63,803 nt of DNA from Fibrobacteria bacterium (GTDB taxonomy: Bacteria > Fibrobacterota > Chitinivibrionia > Chitinivibrionales > FEN-1185). The notes below the pieces were generated by a model. That model searched no databases and was not told where the DNA came from. It was given only the letters and a program-made list of their open reading frames with translations. Below, piece by piece: positions 27,761-39,262 of the stretch (position 1 is its first letter; each line of letters begins with the position of its first letter). Location of the stretch: NCBI GenBank assembly GCA_037447435.1, contig JBBIGR010000029.1:1-63803 (forward strand). Reading direction: 5' to 3'. Both the position numbers and the translations under genes were made by a program.

Positions 27761-28495
27761 ATGTCGTACATCGATCCCAATGCAGAAGAAAGTTTTTTCG
27801 TCCGTCAAAAGGAAATCCTGTCCCGGCTTGGCATAAAAGAATCGCCTAACATTTTTGACGTCGGCGGAAACATCGGACAAAGCATCGATGCGTATAGAAA
27901 ATTATTTCCCGCAGCCGCGATCACGACATTCGAGCCGTTGCCCGACTGTTTTTCGACATTGCGGCAAAATTACGGATCGGTGCCGGGAATAAAACTCGAA
28001 AATTGCGCGCTCTCGAAACAAAACGGAAGCATGCCGTTTTATTCGACGAAATGCCGCGCGGCGTCGTCGTTGTTTCCGCCGGATGAAGCGGTTCAAAAGA
28101 AAAGCGTCAAAGGCAATTACGATTACGACCGCATTACGGTTTGCGTTGAAACGCTCGACGATTATTGCCTTGCGAAAAAAACGGGAATGATAGATATATT
28201 GAAAATAGATGTCCAGGGTGCGGAACTCGATGTTTTGATCGGCGCGAGAAAATTATTGACGGAAAACAGAATCCGTTTCATATATGTCGAGGTGATTTTC
28301 GCCGACAATTACAAAGGACAAAGCGACGTGTTTGCGCTGGCCGCATTCCTTGCGCAGTACAAATATATCCTGTGGGACATCCGGCCGTTTTTATTCACCA
28401 AAAGCGGCAGGCTGTGGACGGCCAATGCGATGTTTGCCTCGGACCCGACAAGGGAAACTTTGGAAAATTGCACGGAAGAATTTCCCGTCACCTAA
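27761..28495 (+). CDS. FkbM family methyltransferase
   Basis: IFDVGGNIG, FEP, TLDDY, LKIDVQGAELDVL. Confidence 0.92.
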   Translation: MSYIDPNAEESFFVRQKEILSRLGIKESPNIFDVGGNIGQSIDAYRKLFPAAAITTFEPLPDCFSTLRQNYGSVPGIKLENCALSKQNGSMPFYSTKCRAASSLFPPDEAVQKKSVKGNYDYDRITVCVETLDDYCLAKKTGMIDILKIDVQGAELDVLIGARKLLTENRIRFIYVEVIFADNYKGQSDVFALAAFLAQYKYILWDIRPFLFTKSGRLWTANAMFASDPTRETLENCTEEFPVT

Positions 28496-28507
28496 GAAAA
28501 GAAATCG

Positions 28508-29827
28508 ATGACAATACAAACAAAGCCCTCGTCGCTTCGCGTGCTGTTTCAAAACAGGCCGGGACTTAAACAGCAGCCGGGCGGTGACACGGTTGTCATG
28601 GACAACCATCAAAAATATTTGGAATCGCAAGGACATATAGTCGATGTCAATTCCGATCCCCGGTGCGACCTGAGTTCATACGATATCGTGCATCTGTACA
28701 ATCTCACGCTGCCCGCGCTTACCGATCCGTTTGCAAAAAATACGGTACTGCAAACAAAACCGTTTGTCGTGACCTCGCTGCAGGAAGATTTTCCCTTGTA
28801 TATTAACAAATGCATCGTCGTGATGCAATTGTTCCAAATGTATTTGCAAAACGGGCAGAGAAAAGACGTGTGGCAAAAAGGCATGGATTTTATTGCGCAA
28901 TCGCCCCCCGCCCCCTGCGAACTCACCACGTCGCCGTTTGCCGTGGAATATGCCGACCGCCTGTTGACTTGCGGCGATACCGAGGCGAAATTCATTAAAA
29001 GCCGCTTTCCGAAGGCAAAATGCGAGACGGTTTTTTTCGGGTCCACGATTAAAGAATCGACCGTCGGCCCGGAATTGTTCCAAGAGCAATTCGGCGTGCG
29101 CGACTTCGTGTTGTGCGTGGGCAGGATCGAAATGCGCAAAAATCAACTTATGCTTCTTAAGGCCCTGGAGGACGACGACGTCCCGCTCGTGTTCGCGGAC
29201 GGCGGTTTTTCTTATCAGCCGGGTTATGTCGATTTGTGCAGGAATTTCAAACGCAAGGGCAAAACGATTTTTACCGGCCGTTTATCGCACGATGCGCTGA
29301 TATCGGCATTTAGGGCCGCCTCGGTCCATTGCCTTCCGTCATGGTATGAATTGCCCGGTCTGGTTACGCTTGAAGCCGCCCGCTACGGCAGCCGCATCGT
29401 GGCTTCGTCGTGGGGTGCGATCGGCGATTATATGAAAGATACGATAACCTATTGTCAACCTGACAGCAGCGAATCGATACGCAATGCGATTTTTAATGCC
29501 ATGGCTTTGCCAAACGATGCGAAACAAAAGGATTTGGGCTCCAGTTATACGTGGGAAAAAAGCGGAGAACATTTGGTTTCGGTGTATACCAATGCGATCG
29601 ACGCTTACGACGCGTCGGCGATAAAAGCCCTTGGCCAAAGCGGAATATTCGATTCGCCGCTCAATGCCGTGGATTTTTTACAAAGGGTGACCGGTCTTGT
29701 GGAAGCGGGGAAAAATAAAGACGCAATAGCGTTTTTCGACGCCTACCGGAAAACATTTCAAAATATGCCCGATTTGGAGAGATTCGACGCCTTAATCGCC
29801 CGGTTAAAAACAACCGTCCGTTATTAA
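28508..29827 (+). CDS. GT4 glycosyltransferase with C-terminal helical extension
   Basis: PGGDTV, VGRIEMRKNQ, LPSWYELPGLVTLEAA, YTWEK. Confidence 0.9.
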   Translation: MTIQTKPSSLRVLFQNRPGLKQQPGGDTVVMDNHQKYLESQGHIVDVNSDPRCDLSSYDIVHLYNLTLPALTDPFAKNTVLQTKPFVVTSLQEDFPLYINKCIVVMQLFQMYLQNGQRKDVWQKGMDFIAQSPPAPCELTTSPFAVEYADRLLTCGDTEAKFIKSRFPKAKCETVFFGSTIKESTVGPELFQEQFGVRDFVLCVGRIEMRKNQLMLLKALEDDDVPLVFADGGFSYQPGYVDLCRNFKRKGKTIFTGRLSHDALISAFRAASVHCLPSWYELPGLVTLEAARYGSRIVASSWGAIGDYMKDTITYCQPDSSESIRNAIFNAMALPNDAKQKDLGSSYTWEKSGEHLVSVYTNAIDAYDASAIKALGQSGIFDSPLNAVDFLQRVTGLVEAGKNKDAIAFFDAYRKTFQNMPDLERFDALIARLKTTVRY

Positions 29828-29834
29828 AACACGC

Positions 29835-30761
29835 TTATTTGTCTTTGTCGTCGTCAAAAAGATCCAGGAAGCGGTTCTCGTACAGCGTATACAGGTTCCA
29901 TTTGTCCAATTCGCGTTTCAGTTCCGACGCCGCCGAATGGTCGAGCTTGACTTTATCAAAAAGCTTTTCGATTTTTTCCATGATATAGTGGGGGACTTTC
30001 TCGTCTTCGATGTCGGGCATTTCCTGGTCTTGTTCTTTTTCCGCAGGGAACAATTGCTTTATGCGTTCCTCGATAGCCGAGAGCTGTTGGTTCATTTCTT
30101 CGGCGTTGGACCGCAGCTCGTCAAGATCGACTTCGACGTTTAAAAGCGTGGAGAACAATTTGACAATTTCAACCGACGCTTTCGGATACGGAATGTTCGC
30201 CGCATATGACGGCATGGTAGAAAGCAGACAGGCTGCCTCAAGGCCGCGCGAAGCGGCAACGCCCAGCAGCAGTCCGTTTAATCCCGCGATATATCCATCG
30301 GGCATGGGAACAATTCCGGTAGGACGGATTTTTTCAAGATATTCGGAACTCGAACAGGCAACAAGCACGTCGGAATTCGACAAATAACTCATAGGCTGCG
30401 CCATGGCTGCGGCGGTGTAGATTTGCGAAACATTGAATTTGATCGCCGTATCGAGAATGGTCTTGATAATTGCGATTCCGTCTTTTCCCGTTATCTGAGC
30501 GTTGCTTTCGAAAATGATGATATCCGGGTCCTGCGAATAATGAAAAATACTCGACGGGATTTCGGGCAACTGGGCAATGCCGTCTTTAACGATGATCGAA
30601 TCAGGGATGAAATACGGGCTCATGTCTATTTCGGCAAGCGGTTGCGAAAGAAGCTTTCTTCGTAAATAATCCATCGCAATCAGGCCGACATTACCCATGC
30701 CCGGCCATGCGGCAAGGAGAACCGGGGATTTTGAAAATTTAATGTCTTTAAACGATTTCAT
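29835..30761 (-). CDS. PAC2 (proteasome assembly chaperone) family protein
   Basis: AAWPGMGNVG, GYIAGLNGLLLG, CLL...P...PYPKAS, VDLDEL. Confidence 0.8.
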   Translation of the reverse strand: MKSFKDIKFSKSPVLLAAWPGMGNVGLIAMDYLRRKLLSQPLAEIDMSPYFIPDSIIVKDGIAQLPEIPSSIFHYSQDPDIIIFESNAQITGKDGIAIIKTILDTAIKFNVSQIYTAAAMAQPMSYLSNSDVLVACSSSEYLEKIRPTGIVPMPDGYIAGLNGLLLGVAASRGLEAACLLSTMPSYAANIPYPKASVEIVKLFSTLLNVEVDLDELRSNAEEMNQQLSAIEERIKQLFPAEKEQDQEMPDIEDEKVPHYIMEKIEKLFDKVKLDHSAASELKRELDKWNLYTLYENRFLDLFDDDKDK

Positions 30762-30950
30762 GTCTTAATGTCTCCTAAGGTATTTGGGCTAGCATCGATA
30801 TTTATTGTATAATAAATATACTTGTTTCAGAAAATAAAATTCTTCTTCTTAACCCGAGCCTTTATTTCGTCAGAGAGAGCGTCGCCGCTCACGAAAAGCG
30901 CGATACCAGAAGTGTCGCTTACACCGGTAATTATTCTTGATTTCCCGATT

Positions 30951-31011
30951 GCGAGTAATTTATACTATAGTGTAAATTACTCGCGAGTATTTCACACTAT
31001 AGTGTAAATAC
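30951..31011. promoter_or_regulatory. Tandem palindromic operator upstream of the AAA-DUF4143 gene
   Basis: GCGAGTAATTTATACTATAGTGTAAATTACTCGC (30951-30984, one mismatched pair), with a degenerate second copy starting at 30983. Confidence 0.7.
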
Positions 31012-31024
31012 AAAGGACGTCTTC

Positions 31025-32146
31025 ATGTTGTACGAAAGATACCTGTATCATCAGATACAGAGGGACCTTAAGAAAAAAATGGTCTTTCTGGGTGGGCCTC
31101 GCCAAGTCGGTAAAACCACCTTGGCCAAAAGCATCCTTGGCAAAGAAAATAAAAACGGGTATTTAAATTGGGACATAGACGAGCATCGCGAACGCATCCT
31201 AAAAAAAGAACTGCCTTCCGGTTCAACCTGGGTTTTTGATGAGCTCCATAAATATCGCGCGTGGCGAAGGTTGCTGAAAGGGTTGTATGATGGAAAGGAA
31301 GACGGTCAGAAAATCCTTGTTACCGGCAGTGCACGGCTGGATTATTACCGTCAAGGTGGCGATTCATTGCAGGGCCGATATTTTTACTGGCGTTTACATC
31401 CGCTATCTGTCGCAGAACTCAACATTACCACTCAAAAAGATTTCAAAGACCTTCTGACTCTGGGAGGCTTTCCGGAACCTTTTTTCAGCACCTCGGAAAT
31501 CGATGCAAAACGCTGGTCACGCGAATACAGGAACAGGCTTATCTACGACGATATCGAAGGACTCGAACATGTCAAGGACATCGGTACGTTGGAGTTGCTG
31601 ATCATGAGGCTGCCCGACTTGGTGGGTTCGCCGCTTTCGGTAAATGCCATTCGTGAAGACCTTCAAATAAACCATCTCACTGCCGAGCGTTGGATCATGA
31701 TGCTGGAACGGATGTACGCAATTTTCAGACTGCCGCCTTTTGGATCGCCTCAAATCAGAGCGGTAAAAAAAGAGCAGAAACACTATCATTTAGACTGGAC
31801 CCTGGTGAAAGACCAAGCGCTTCGTTTTGAAAATATGGTTGCCTGTCATCTGTTGAAATGGGCGCATTTTCAGCAGGATAGTGCCGGCCGGGATGTGGAA
31901 CTGCGGTATTTCAGGGATGTGGATAAAAGAGAAATAGACTTCGTCGTTGTTGAAAATAAAAAGCCGCTTTGGTGCATAGAGTGCAAATGGGATAAAAGTA
32001 CCGTACATCCCGCTTTACGGTATTTCAAGGAACGGTTTCCTTCATGTGAAGCAATACAGATTTCGGCAGAAGGAAAAGATGACTTCGTGACACCGGAAAA
32101 AATCCGGGTCATGCCAGCAAAAGAGTTTCTCAAGACTCTTGTGTAA
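31025..32146 (+). CDS. AAA_14 ATPase with DUF4143 (restriction-like) C-terminal domain
   Basis: GPRQVGKTT, VFDE, VTGSA, SLQGR, GGFPEP, FENMVA, EIDFVV...IECK. Confidence 0.9.
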   Translation: MLYERYLYHQIQRDLKKKMVFLGGPRQVGKTTLAKSILGKENKNGYLNWDIDEHRERILKKELPSGSTWVFDELHKYRAWRRLLKGLYDGKEDGQKILVTGSARLDYYRQGGDSLQGRYFYWRLHPLSVAELNITTQKDFKDLLTLGGFPEPFFSTSEIDAKRWSREYRNRLIYDDIEGLEHVKDIGTLELLIMRLPDLVGSPLSVNAIREDLQINHLTAERWIMMLERMYAIFRLPPFGSPQIRAVKKEQKHYHLDWTLVKDQALRFENMVACHLLKWAHFQQDSAGRDVELRYFRDVDKREIDFVVVENKKPLWCIECKWDKSTVHPALRYFKERFPSCEAIQISAEGKDDFVTPEKIRVMPAKEFLKTLV

Positions 32147-32250
32147 ACATTAAAATTTGCCCGCATGCACGAGGCAAGCATAGGCGTATTGTATATTTAA
32201 CCGTTCCAAATCCTCGGAAGCAACAATTTCAGCAGCGGAGAATTTTTTTA

Positions 32251-34914
32251 ATGGAAAAACAGTATAATCCGGTTTCGGTGGAAGACAAATGGTATGCCAT
32301 TTGGACGGAAAAAAAGCTTTTTCACGGCGATGAGTTTTCAAAGAAACCTAAATATTCCATCGTAATACCTCCGCCGAACGTGACCGGAATTTTGCATATG
32401 GGGCATGCGCTCAACAATACCATTCAGGACATTCTCATCCGGTTCAAGCGCATGACGGGTTATGAGGCAATGTGGATGCCCGGCACCGACCATGCGGGAA
32501 TCGCGACGCAAAACGTCGTTGAAAAGAAACTTGCCAAGGAAAACAAAACCCGTCACGATCTCGGACGTGAAGCGTTTTTAAAGGAAGTTTGGAAATGGAA
32601 AGAACAATATCATGCCACCATAACCAATCAGCTTAAAAAACTCGGTTCGTCCTGCGATTGGGACCGGGAACGTTTCACCATGGACGAAGGCCTATCCAAA
32701 GCGGTACGCAAGGTATTCGTGCAGCTTTACAATGAAGGACTCATTTACCGCGGCAAATACATCATCAACTGGTGTCCGCGCTGCCAAACGGCCTTGTCCG
32801 ACGAAGAGGCCGAACATAAGGAATCCAACGGAAAACTGTATCATTTCAAATATCCGTTTAAAAACAAAGAAGGCTTCGTTATCGTGGCGACGACCCGTCC
32901 GGAAACGATGCTCGGCGATACCGCTGTAGCGGTGAATCCTTCCGACGAGCGCTACAAGGACCTCATCGGCCAAATGCTCGTACTCCCTCTTGTCAACAGG
33001 GAAATCCCCATCATTGCCGACGATTTCGTGGACAAGGAATTCGGGACCGGCGCGGTCAAAGTGACGCCCGCGCATGATCCGAACGATTTCCAGATGGGAC
33101 TGCGTCACAAAATGACTCCCATCGTGATCATGGACGAAACCGCGCATATGACCGGCCCGATTCCGCAGCAGTACATCGGCACCGACCGGTTCGCATGCCG
33201 CAAGCAAATCGTCGCCGATCTCGAAGCGCTGGGACTTGTCGAAAAAATCGAAGACCATACCCACGCGGTCGGTCAGTGTTACCGCTGCGCTACCGTGGTG
33301 GAACCGTATTATTCGAATCAGTGGTTCGTGAAAATGAAACCGCTTGCGGAAGGCGCGCTTGCCGCCGCGGTCGACGGTAAAATCACCATTTATCCGGAAC
33401 GTTGGAAAAAAACATACATTGACTGGATGGAAAACATCCGCGACTGGTGCATTTCGCGGCAAATTTGGTGGGGACATCGCATACCGGTTTGGTATTGCAA
33501 GGAATGCGGCAAGACAATCGTTGCCGAAGAAACGCCGAGCGAATGCCCGTATTGCAGAAGTTTCGACATGACGCAGGACGAGGATGTTCTTGACACATGG
33601 TTTTCGTCGTGGCTGTGGCCGTTTTCCACCCTCGGGTGGCCGCAGGACAAAAAAGCTTTGCAGAAATTTTATCCGACCGATGTGCTGGTTACCGCACCGG
33701 AAATCCTGTTTTTCTGGGTTGCTCGCATGATCATGGCTGGGCTGCATTTTACCGATACGCTTCCGTTTACCGATGTTATTTTGCACGGCACGGTGCGCGA
33801 CAAAACCGGACGGAAAATGAGCAAATCGCTCGGCAATTCCATCGATCCTCTGGAAATAATTTCCGTGTCGGGCGCCGATGCATTGCGTTTTTCGCTTATC
33901 GTGATAACCGCCCAGGGCGCGGACGTGTTTTTGTCCAAAGACACGTTCGACATCGGAAGAAACTTCGGCAATAAGCTGTGGAACGCTTCCCGGTTCTTAT
34001 TGGAAAACATCAAAACCAAGCATGTGTTTACGGGTTTGCCGTCAAGCGCTTCGCTGTCCGCTTTTGACAAATGGATATTGTCCCGTCTCAATACCACGGT
34101 CGCCGAGGTGTCCAAAGCGATCGAAGCGTATCGGTTCAATGAGGCTGCGCATTTGTTGTACGATTTCACCTGGCGCGATTTCTGCGACTGGTATATTGAA
34201 GCGAAAAAAGCAGATTTGTATCAGACCGAAGACAATGCCCGCATGGAAAACGCGCTCAATACCTGTTCATGGGTACTGGGTAACATACTCAAACTGCTGC
34301 ATCCGATCATGCCGTTTATCACCGAGGAAATTTACAGCACGCTCAGGGAAAAAATCGACTATTCTTCCCTGCTCGACAGCGAATATATCATGACCTCGTC
34401 GTATCCCAAGGCGAACGAATCGTTGGTCAATCCGGTCATCGAAAAGGAATTCTCATTGTTGAAAGACGTGATTACCGCGATCCGCACCATTCGGTCCGAA
34501 AACAATATTCCGCCGGATAAAAAAGGCCGCGCGATCATTGTTCCGTCGTCGCAGGAAAACGCGGACCTGTTGTGCCCGCATATCACGGAAATCAATATGT
34601 TTTGCCGGTTGAACGAAACGATAATAGACCTGAAAGCGCAAGGACCAAAATTCAGCGGCCAGGCAGTTGTCATGGGAAACCAGGTGTACCTGGAACTTGC
34701 TGGGCTTATCGATATTTCGGTCGAGAAAGACAGGATCAAAAAAGAAATTGCCAAAACGGAAAAGTTCGTGGAAAGCACAAAAGCCCGCTTGTCAAATCCG
34801 AGCTTTGCCGACAAAGCGCCTGCCGACGTGGTTGCCAAGGAAAAAGAAAAACTTGCGGGAATTATCGAGAATCTGGAAAAATTGAAATTGAGTTTGAAGG
34901 CTTTAGAAGAATAG
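32251..34914 (+). CDS. valS: Valine--tRNA ligase
   Basis: PPPNVTGILHMGH, DHAGIATQ, TTRPET, DWCISRQIWWGHRIP, KMSKS, C-terminal coiled coil. Confidence 0.98.
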   Translation: MEKQYNPVSVEDKWYAIWTEKKLFHGDEFSKKPKYSIVIPPPNVTGILHMGHALNNTIQDILIRFKRMTGYEAMWMPGTDHAGIATQNVVEKKLAKENKTRHDLGREAFLKEVWKWKEQYHATITNQLKKLGSSCDWDRERFTMDEGLSKAVRKVFVQLYNEGLIYRGKYIINWCPRCQTALSDEEAEHKESNGKLYHFKYPFKNKEGFVIVATTRPETMLGDTAVAVNPSDERYKDLIGQMLVLPLVNREIPIIADDFVDKEFGTGAVKVTPAHDPNDFQMGLRHKMTPIVIMDETAHMTGPIPQQYIGTDRFACRKQIVADLEALGLVEKIEDHTHAVGQCYRCATVVEPYYSNQWFVKMKPLAEGALAAAVDGKITIYPERWKKTYIDWMENIRDWCISRQIWWGHRIPVWYCKECGKTIVAEETPSECPYCRSFDMTQDEDVLDTWFSSWLWPFSTLGWPQDKKALQKFYPTDVLVTAPEILFFWVARMIMAGLHFTDTLPFTDVILHGTVRDKTGRKMSKSLGNSIDPLEIISVSGADALRFSLIVITAQGADVFLSKDTFDIGRNFGNKLWNASRFLLENIKTKHVFTGLPSSASLSAFDKWILSRLNTTVAEVSKAIEAYRFNEAAHLLYDFTWRDFCDWYIEAKKADLYQTEDNARMENALNTCSWVLGNILKLLHPIMPFITEEIYSTLREKIDYSSLLDSEYIMTSSYPKANESLVNPVIEKEFSLLKDVITAIRTIRSENNIPPDKKGRAIIVPSSQENADLLCPHITEINMFCRLNETIIDLKAQGPKFSGQAVVMGNQVYLELAGLIDISVEKDRIKKEIAKTEKFVESTKARLSNPSFADKAPADVVAKEKEKLAGIIENLEKLKLSLKALEE

Positions 34915-34952
34915 AAAAACACCGAAACTATATGAGCGATTTTTATACTGTC

Positions 34953-34985
34953 GCGTGTCTTATTAATTAAGACACGCATCTTTTT
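34953..34985 (+). terminator. Probable intrinsic terminator after valS
   Basis: GCGTGTCTTA-TTAAT-TAAGACACGC followed by ATCTTTTT. Confidence 0.55.
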
Positions 34986-34998
34986 ATAAGGAGGCAGT

Positions 34999-35385
34999 AT
35001 GCAATCGAAACATTTTTTCTCCGCACTGATTTTTCCACTGGTGTCGTTTGTCGGGTTATCATCCTGCAGCTCCTCAATCAACGATCCTAAACCACAAACA
35101 TTGACCTATAGTATAGAAAAAGCGCAATGGGTCAATGACACCGCGGGGTTTAGTTCGGTAAGCCTCTATTTAAAAGGAAAAACAAACGCCAAAAAAATGG
35201 CTGTCACCACCCGCGGCGATGGAGTGGTAGGAGACCAGGCGATAAACCTCAATGTATTGGGAGAATTTGATGATTCCATTCCCATAGCATTTAGTCATGT
35301 TGGGGGAATAATTCTTCAAACCAGTACGAATGTAAAGTTTTACGGCAGCAATAACGATTCGCAGTACGTTCTTTTAGGAAATTGA
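34999..35385 (+). CDS. Hypothetical lipoprotein
   Basis: Signal peptide with LSSC lipobox; strong AAGGAGG RBS. Confidence 0.75.
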   Translation: MQSKHFFSALIFPLVSFVGLSSCSSSINDPKPQTLTYSIEKAQWVNDTAGFSSVSLYLKGKTNAKKMAVTTRGDGVVGDQAINLNVLGEFDDSIPIAFSHVGGIILQTSTNVKFYGSNNDSQYVLLGN

Positions 35386-35508
35386 TAAACAGTTCACAGA
35401 TAAAATCACAGTACATGTTCGAATTCACACCGCCCTCATTTGAGTCCCGAGGACCCAAGTTAGGGAAGTACGAAAGCTGTAACAGAAGCAGCCTCTGTGC
35501 GTTTACAA

Positions 35509-36279
35509 TTATTGTTTCATGCTTCCGATATTTATCATGGGAATATTCCCGCTCGAAACCTGCGGTAAATGGCCGTCCCATTTTTCTATCCAGCGCAATT
35601 GCAGTACAGCCGGCGTGACCTGTTCTTTTTGCATTTTTAAAGAGGCTGCTTCGGCTTGGGCGGATGCGACTTTTTGTTCGGCTTCGATTTTTATTCTTTC
35701 GAGGTCGCGTTGCGCTTTAAAAGCGTTTTGTTCGGCGGTTTGTTTTGCCTCGATGGCGGCTTCGAACTGATCGGAGAATTTGAAATTGACTATCGAAAAG
35801 TTGTCGACGACGATATTGTAAGAAAAAAGTTTATCTTTCAGCAAGTCCTGAATTTCGGCGCGGATCTTTTCGCGCATAGTAATGAGCTCCACGGCATTGT
35901 ATTTCGCCGTTACCGCCTTGACGATTTCCTGAATCGACGGATGGATAATGACTTCATCGTACGAAATCCCGATCGACTGATATACGACATTTACTTTTTC
36001 GGGTATAATGTGATAATTCAACACGATTTTGGAATCCGTCTGCTGCAGGTCTTTGCTTGCGGCAAGAGCATCGGCCTCGGTTTTTTGAATTTGTACCGAC
36101 ATTTTCGCAACGGTTTGCATAAACGGTATCTTGAAATGAATTCCCTCGCTCCATACAGCCCCGACTTTTCCCCAGGTTAAAACAATGCCGCGCTGGCCAG
36201 GACCGACAATGACGACAAGCATAGACAGAACGATAATAATGACAAGCAGGATTGCTGCAGAGCTAAAAACTTTTTTCAT
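35509..36279 (-). CDS. Prohibitin/SPFH family membrane protein
   Basis: N-terminal TM helix, EGIHFKIPF, SKDLQ, AIEAKQTAEQ, IEKWDG.LP; GGAGG RBS. Confidence 0.92.
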   Translation of the reverse strand: MKKVFSSAAILLVIIIVLSMLVVIVGPGQRGIVLTWGKVGAVWSEGIHFKIPFMQTVAKMSVQIQKTEADALAASKDLQQTDSKIVLNYHIIPEKVNVVYQSIGISYDEVIIHPSIQEIVKAVTAKYNAVELITMREKIRAEIQDLLKDKLFSYNIVVDNFSIVNFKFSDQFEAAIEAKQTAEQNAFKAQRDLERIKIEAEQKVASAQAEAASLKMQKEQVTPAVLQLRWIEKWDGHLPQVSSGNIPMINIGSMKQ

Positions 36280-36419
36280 GATCGCCTCCGAAGGTTTGCT
36301 GTTTCTTTCACCCATATTCAGTGCCTCTTATGAGATGATTTCAGTAAATGAGGAAAATCGTAAATTGACAGAAAAAAAGCACGTAATTTCAAGATTTGGG
36401 AGCGTGGCGTTGGTTTGCT

Positions 36420-36749
36420 CTACTTTGTATCCAGTTTAGCCAACGCGGATTCCGCCTCTTCCAGTAATTCTTCGATGGCATTTATTTTTTTTACCTGGGC
36501 AGGGCTTGGATTATTGGTCCGGAAAATGGAACGAGGCTGGATAATGGCATTCATTTGACCGAACATTTCCCGTATTTGGTGTTTGTGGCGGGGCGTAATC
36601 AGGTTTTTCTGCGCAACAGAGGACAGAAACTTGATCATTTTCTGCAAGGCGGTTACCGTTATCGTAGCATAGGCCGATTCGGGCGATTCCTGCCAAAAAC
36701 GTGAGGCAGCTTCAAGACAATCACATATCGGTTTAACATCCGCAATCAT
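36420..36749 (-). CDS. Hypothetical helical protein
   Basis: 109-aa ORF with AAGGGA RBS and no competing long ORF. Confidence 0.55.
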   Translation of the reverse strand: MIADVKPICDCLEAASRFWQESPESAYATITVTALQKMIKFLSSVAQKNLITPRHKHQIREMFGQMNAIIQPRSIFRTNNPSPAQVKKINAIEELLEEAESALAKLDTK

Positions 36750-36840
36750 TTATGTTCCCTTAAGTTAATTGAAATTGTAATCAAGACATGGTTGCATTGC
36801 CCAACAATAAAATACAACCTGGTAATCATCCGTGTGATAG

Positions 36841-36871
36841 TCCATGCGATTATAAAACAGAATCGCATGGA
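36841..36871. promoter_or_regulatory. Inverted repeat in the divergent region upstream of the N-ATPase operon
   Basis: TCCATGCGATT-N9-AATCGCATGGA, an 11-bp perfect stem. Confidence 0.45.
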
Positions 36872-37053
36872 AGGCATTTTTCCTTTATTATTGAATTATC
36901 GTTTTTAAGAAACTAACCACTCCATATTTTTAAATTTTGCATTTTTGCAAAAATCTTTTGCAATATTTGTAAAGCACATTCATAAAACTTCCACCGATTC
37001 CCTATAATGAGAAAGGCGGCACGATTATTGCGATTTATCATTATATACAATAA

Positions 37054-38920
<1,867 letters not shown>

Positions 38921-38924
<4 letters not shown>

Positions 38925-39208
38925 CGGATAAAGTGAATAAAAACCGTTCGTTTGCGTTAATGACCCAGCGGGAAAGAAAACGCATCGATTCGCAAAAGCC
39001 CCGGCGGTCGCCGCTTTCGTGGGTAGCGGTTGTGGGCGGTGCAGGCTGGCTAATCGTGGTCCCGCTGGTTGGTTTTACCGTAAGCGGCCTATGGCTCGAT
39101 CGCCGGTTTCCCGTATCTTTTTCATGGACATTGTCGCTTCTTATTGCGGGGACGGTTATTGGTTGTCTACTGGCGTGGAGATGGATAAACCGGATACCGA
39201 AACAGTAA
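38921..39208 (+). CDS. atpQ: N-ATPase AtpQ (AtpZ/AtpI-like two-TM protein)
   Basis: GWLIVVP...GLWLD...SWTLSLL..G...GC..AW.W. Confidence 0.82.
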
Positions 39209-39262
39209 ATAAAAATGTTTGTGCCCCAACCGTGACGAAATGGGCAAAAAGAGGAGGCTTCG

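Noticed and set aside
4126..29827. RiPP cluster interpretation of the many rSAM/SPASM genes
   Set aside because: No precursor peptide, RRE/PqqD domain, peptidase or transporter is visible; the context is entirely sugar biosynthesis.
30951..31011. CRISPR or mini-array reading of the 32-bp repeat
   Set aside because: Only two abutting copies, no spacer and no cas genes; an operator fits better.
32147..32250. T-box or attenuator upstream of valS (and of trpE)
   Set aside because: The leaders are short and I see no T-box consensus or Trp-codon leader peptide.
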